From: an uncultured Chloroflexia bacterium
GTDB lineage: Bacteria; Chloroflexota; Limnocylindria; Limnocylindrales; CSP1-4
Length of the DNA stretch: 64,000 bases
Reading direction: 5' to 3'
NCBI GenBank assembly: GCA_963794525.1
Contig: CAWCEC010000003.1
Location: forward strand, 124,003 to 188,002
Positions 59,318 through 64,000 of this stretch are shown one piece after another; the first letter of the stretch is position 1, and every line of letters starts with the position of its first letter. The notes under the pieces were generated by a model. That model worked only from the letters and a program-made list of their open reading frames with translations. It was not told the origin of the DNA and searched no databases. The position numbers and the translations under genes were made by a program.

Positions 59318-61382
59318 ATGCCGTTCCCGCATGTCTTCGAGCCGCTGACGATCCGTCATCGCACGCTGAAGAGCCGGATCACGTTCGGGGCGCATACGGC
59401 GAACATGGCCGAGGACGGGTTGCCCGGCGAGCGGCACATCGGCTACTACCGCGAGCGGGCGCTCGGCGGTGCCGGGATGATCGTGGTGGAGCCGGTCCCC
59501 GTCCATCGGACGGCGGTGCTCACACGCGGCAACTTCCGGCACGACGACGATGCGGTCGTCCCGCCGTTCCGGCGGCTGATCGACGCCTGCCGCGACGCCG
59601 ACCCGGACGTCGTGATGATCCAGCAGCTGTACCACGTCGGTCAGCACGGCGACGCCGACAACTCGTTCGCTCCGAACTGGTCGCCGTCCGGGCTGCCGTC
59701 GTACCACGACGCCGACGGAAGCCACGCGATGACCGAGCCCGACATCGAGGCGGTCATCGCCGGGTTCGTCGCCGCTTCCCGGCGGGCGCGCGAGGCCGGT
59801 TTCGACGGGGTCGAGCTGTTCGGGGCCTACCACGGCCTCATCGAGCAGTTCTGGACGCCGTGGTCGAATCGGCGGACCGACGCCTGGGGAGGCTCGTTCG
59901 AGGCGCGCATGCGGTTCTCGTGCACGATCCTCGAGCGGATCCGCGCGACCTGCGGGGACGACTTCATCGTCGGGTTGGCCGTGAGCGTCGACGAGCGGTC
60001 GGCGCCGACCCTGTCGATCGACGAGCTGTGCGAGGTCGTCGCCTGGCACGACGAGCGAGGACTGATCGACTACGTCACCTGTGGGACGGGCTCGTACTTC
60101 GACTTCTTCCCGATCATCCCGGTGTCGCTGTACGAGGCGAATCTCGGCGTGCCATACGCGGCGGCACTCAAGAAGGTCGTGACGCGGGCGGTCGTCCAGG
60201 CGGAGAGCCACATCGGGACGCCCGAGGCCGCCGAGGCGGTCCTCGCGGCCGGTGAGGCCGACTTGGTGAGCATCGTGCGGGGCCAGATCGCGGATCCGCA
60301 CATGGTGGCGAAGGCCCGCGCCGACCGCGCCGATGAGGTCCGGCCGTGCATCTCGTGCAACCAGCTGTGCTGGGGTCGGCGGTCTCGCGACTACTGGATC
60401 TCGTGCCTCGTCAATCCGTCCGCGGGCCGCGAGTTCGAGTGGGGCGGTGACCGGTTCGAGCCGGCGTCGACGCCCCGCTCCGTCCTGGTGATCGGCGGCG
60501 GGCCGGCCGGCCTCGAAACGGCGCGCGTGGCCGCCGAACGGGGTCACATCGGTGACGCTGCTGGAACGGGCCGGCATCATCGGCGGTCAGTTCCTGCTCG
60601 CCGGTCGGCAACCGTCGCGAGGTCGCATCGGTCGGCTGCTGCGGTGGTACGCGGAGCGACTGGATGCGCTCGGTGTCGACGTCCGGCTCGGCACCGAGGC
60701 CACGGCCGACGGCATCGCCGCAGCCGGTGCCGATCTGGTCGTCCTCGCGACCGGCGTCACGTCCTCCGGGAGCCGGCTTCCAGCGTGCGCTCCCGATGGT
60801 CGACCGCCTGCCGGGTGCCGAGCGTGACGACGCGCTGTCGATCCAGGCCGTGCTCGGGGGCGCGGCGGCGTGCGCGCGGGCACGTGCTGCGTGCTCGACG
60901 ACCTCAACGACTGGCGTGGTCTCGGGACGGCGTTGTTCCTCCTCGAGGAGGGTCATGACGTCACCATCGTCACGTCGGCGCCGGTCGTGGGCGGCGGGCT
61001 CTTCCACAGTGCTGCGGACGGTCCGCTCCGGGAGCGGTTCGCCTCCCTGGCCGGCGTCATGCGACCATCCACCGTCGTGCTCGACTGGGACGGCACCGGC
61101 GCGACCGTGCGGTCGACACTGAGCGGCACCGAGGAACGCATCGCGGCCGACACCCTGGTGATCGCCGAGACGCCGGTCGCGGAGACGGCCCTCGCCACAG
61201 AATTGCGCGAACGCGGCATCGCGTTCGAGGCGATCGGCGACTGCGTGGCGCCGCGCCGCGCGAGCCTCGCCTTCTACGAGGCACGCGAGCTCGCCCGTCG
61301 AGCTCTGAGGGGCGCGTACCATGGACCCGGCCATGGCGACCCGGGAACTGGACCACGCAGCGCCGACGCGACGCGGTCGTAG
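59318..61382 (+). pseudogene. Old-Yellow-Enzyme-family NADH:flavin oxidoreductase / 2,4-dienoyl-CoA reductase-like, with at least three frameshifts between 60540 and 60890
   Basis: TIM-barrel part is intact (FEPLTIRHRTLKSRITFGAHT, GFDGVELFGAYHGLIEQFW, CISCNQLC). The C-terminal FAD/NAD(P) domain is spread over frames 2, 0, 1, 0 (VLVIGGGPAGLETA | VTLLERAGIIGGQF | GFQRALPMVDRLPG | CVLDDLNDWRGLGTA...IGDCVAP). The 3' end is uncertain. Confidence 0.65.
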
Positions 61383-62884
61383 CGCGCGACAGGCCGCCCG
61401 GCTCGCCCGGGCGATGGAGTCGCTCCCCTACCTGACCCGGACGCTCCCACCCGTCGAGGTCATCTCGACCGAGGGCCTCGAGGCGATCGAGCACAACGCC
61501 GACACCCTCCTCCAGGAAGTCGGCATCGAGATCGTCAACTACCCGGAGGCGGCCGACATCTTCCGCGCGGCCGGCGCCGACGTGCAGGGCACCCGTGTCC
61601 GGTTCGAGCGCGGCATGTGCCGACAGCTCATCCAGGCGAGCGCACCGCCGCAGCTTCACCCAGACCGCGCGGAACCCGGCCCGCAGCGTGGTCATCGGCG
61701 ACCCGCACATGGTCCTCGCGCCGACCTACGGCTCCCCGTTCATCCACAACCTCGACGACGGCCGCCGCTACGCCACGATCGAGGACTTCCGCAACTTCGT
61801 GAAGCTCACCTACAGCAGCACGACGCTTCACCACGGTGGGGGCACGCTGTGCGAACCGGTCGACCTACCGGTCAACAAGCGCCATCTCGAGATGGTCTAC
61901 AGCCACATCCGCTATTCGGACCGCGCGTTCATGGGCTCGGTGACCCATCCGAGCCGCGCGCAGGACTCGGTCGACATGGCGAAGATCGTGTTCGGCGCCG
62001 ACACGCTCGAGCGCGAGCACGTGATCATGGGCCTGGCCAACGCCAACTCGCCGATGTCGTGGGACTTCAACATGCTGGGCTCGGCGAAGGTCTACGCCGA
62101 GAACAACCAGGTCATGCTGATCACCCCGTTCATCCTCGGCGGGGCGATGGCGCCGGTGACGGTCGCCGCGGACGCCACGCAGACGCTCGCCGAGGCCCTG
62201 GCCGGCATGGCCTTCTGTCAGATCGTGCGACCCGGGGCACCCGTGATCTTCGGCTCATTCGCGTCGTCGATGTCGATGCAGACGGGCGCGCCGACCTTCG
62301 GCACGCCCGAGCCCCAGCTCGTGCTGTTCGTGCTCGCCGCGCTGGCGCGGCGGCTCGGCGTGCCGTTCCGCAGCGGCGGCAACTTCACGGCATCCAAGCT
62401 CCCCGACTACCAGGCCGCGTACGAGAGCGCGATCAGCTTCATGGCGACGATGCAGGCCGGCGTGAACTTCAACCTCCACACCGCCGGCTGGCTCGAGGGC
62501 GGGCTCGCGGTCGGCTACGAGAAGTTCATGCTCGACGAGGACCAGGCGTCGATGGCAGAGGCGTACATCGGTGGCGTCGACCTGACCGACAACGGCCTGG
62601 CGCTCGACGCGATGCTCGCGGGTGGTCCCGGACAGCACTTCCTGGGCTCGCCGCATACGCTGGCCAACTTCGAGAACGCGTTCTGGCGCTCGGAGCTGTC
62701 GGACAACAACAGCTTCGAGCAGTGGGAGCTGAACGGGGCGCATGACGCTGCGGCACGCGCGAATGCCGCGTGGAAGCGCCGGCTGGCGGAGTACGAACAG
62801 CCGCCGCTCGACGAGGGCATACACGAGGAGCTGCTCGACTGGATCGAGCGGCGACGGGCGAGCTTCCCCGACTCGGACGTCTAG
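61321..62884 (+). pseudogene. MttB-family methyltransferase (non-pyrrolysine; glycine-betaine / quaternary-amine methyltransferase-like), single frameshift near 61640-61660
   Basis: N-terminus (LPYLTRTLPPVEVISTEGLEAIEHNADTLLQEVGIEIVNYPEAADIFRAAGADV) in frame 1. The remainder (ARNPARSVVIGDPHMVLAPTYGSPF...) is in the 61595-62884 frame. Confidence 0.7.
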
Positions 62885-63355
62885 GCGCGCCGGATCCCGA
62901 TCCGCCGCCCGACCTCGAGCGGCCGCGGCAGACCAGCGTGGCTTGCCGCCATCGCGCGGACCATCTCGGCCTGATCGTCTGGCATCGGCTCGACCTTGCC
63001 GCTCTCTCGGCGGACGTGGACGAACATCAACTCGGCTACGGCGAGTCGGTCCCCGGTCACGGCGTCGAGCATGTCGTGGATGACGTGGATCCGCTTCGTG
63101 TCCCAGTCGAGCACGATCGTGGCGAACGACAGTGGGGTGTCGCTCGACACCTCACGGCGATAGGTGATGTGCGCTTCGGCCGTGTAGATCGTGCAACCGC
63201 GTGCGCTCGCGGTACGCAGCGCCGAACCCGAGCTCGGCGAGCACCCCCTCCGTCGCGTCGCTGAACGCGACGAGGTAGTAGCCATCCATCAGGTGGCCGT
63301 TGTAGTCGATCCATTCCGGGCGTACGCGGGTGCCGGTCGTGATGAGGGCGGTCAC
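62881..63355 (-). pseudogene. hotdog-fold acyl-CoA thioesterase (4HBT family), single frameshift near 63190-63220
   Basis: N-terminal 60 aa (MTALITTGTRVRPEWIDYNGHLMDGYYLVAF) are in the 63152-63355 frame; the rest is in the 62881-63285 frame. Confidence 0.6.
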
Positions 63356-64000
63356 GCCTGCGGTGTGCCGTCGGGGACGTGACGCTCGCGCAGGGCGAGC
63401 AGGTCGACCAGGAACTCGTCGCGCTCGCGCTCGAGCTCATTGATCGACCGACCATCGGCCTCGCGCTGGCATCCCTCGACCATCCGGTCGCGCAGCTCCG
63501 GGGTCAGCTCGGGCGCCTCGAGGCGGGTCCAGGGTTCCAGCAGAGCGGTCCCGAAATGGTCGAGCATGTGGCCCATCCCGCCCGCACCGCCAGCCAGGTG
63601 GAAGGTCAGGCACGGACCCATCAGCGCCCAGCGGAGGCCCGGGCCATAGGTGATCGACGCATCGATCTCTTCGACGGTCGCCTCGCCAGCCGCCACCATG
63701 TGGAGCGCCTCGCGCCACATCGCCTCCTGCAGCCTGTTGCCGAGGAAACCGGGAAGTTCCCGGGTCAGCTTCAGGCCGTACTTGTCGACGTGGGTGTAGA
63801 ACGCGACCGTCCAGTCGACCACGTCGGGATCTGTACGCTCCCCGCCGACCACCTCCACGAGTGGGATGAGGTAGGGCGGATTGAAGGGGTGTCCGACGAC
63901 GAGTCGCTCCGCGTGGACGGCGTCACGCTGCAGCATCGTCATCGAGAAGCCGGACGTGCTCGAGGCGATGATCGAAGCTGGGTCGGCGGCGCTGTCGATG
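63352..64000 (-). CDS. 3-hydroxyacyl-CoA dehydrogenase family protein (possibly L-carnitine dehydrogenase-like), partial; 5' end outside the window
   Basis: C-terminal 3HCDH domain (ERLVVGHPFNPPYLIPLVEVVGG). The frame stays open to position 64000. Confidence 0.75.
   Translation of the reverse strand, partial: IDSAADPASIIASSTSGFSMTMLQRDAVHAERLVVGHPFNPPYLIPLVEVVGGERTDPDVVDWTVAFYTHVDKYGLKLTRELPGFLGNRLQEAMWREALHMVAAGEATVEEIDASITYGPGLRWALMGPCLTFHLAGGAGGMGHMLDHFGTALLEPWTRLEAPELTPELRDRMVEGCQREADGRSINELERERDEFLVDLLALRERHVPDGTPQA

Noticed and set aside
1-64000. CRISPR arrays, transposases, integrases, rRNA
   Set aside because: No short regularly spaced repeats, no DDE/tyrosine-recombinase signatures and no rRNA-like conserved segments were seen on either strand.

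Overview
This 64 kb window is high-GC (about 70%) bacterial chromosomal DNA with Actinomycetota- or Chloroflexota-like codon usage (very high GC3). It holds about 60 protein genes and no rRNA, tRNA, CRISPR, transposase or integrase. From 5' to 3' the window contains: (1) A cell-envelope stress module: a NarL-type response regulator convergent with a HisKA_3 sensor kinase, a PspC-domain protein and a LiaF-like membrane protein. (2) An orphan CpaF/TadA ATPase read in frame with a RidA domain. (3) A cyclic-nucleotide signalling island at 7.4-19.8 kb, with three class III nucleotidyl cyclases carrying unusual N-terminal partners (TPR, DHFR-like, DUF4242) and three cNMP-binding proteins, including an MFS transporter-cNMP fusion and a PLP decarboxylase-cNMP fusion. 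(4) An amine-metabolism set: BBE-like FAD oxidase, flavin amine oxidase and a secreted PAP2/haloperoxidase-like protein. (5) An RpoD-family sigma factor divergent from a PPOX / acyl-CoA synthetase / HAD operon, with an operator-rich intergenic region. (6) A vapBC toxin-antitoxin pair. (7) A conserved but uncharacterised four-gene operon: SWIM zinc-finger protein, MoxR AAA+ ATPase, DUF5682 protein, VWA protein. (8) A discrete 4.3 kb cassette flanked by direct repeats, encoding a Cys-rich small protein, an unknown 403-aa protein and a Ser/Thr kinase fused to a LanC-like cyclase domain, i.e. a lanthipeptide-synthetase-like module with no recognisable lyase or classical precursor. (9) Housekeeping genes (hflX, miaA, S4-domain protein, threonine dehydratase) and a betaine/carnitine-type catabolic set (MttB-family methyltransferase, thioesterase, 3-hydroxyacyl-CoA dehydrogenase). 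Many genes are interrupted by single-base frameshifts, mostly at homopolymers, which look more like assembly or sequencing indels than true decay. The two systems most worth follow-up are the SWIM-MoxR-DUF5682-VWA operon and the kinase-LanC cassette.
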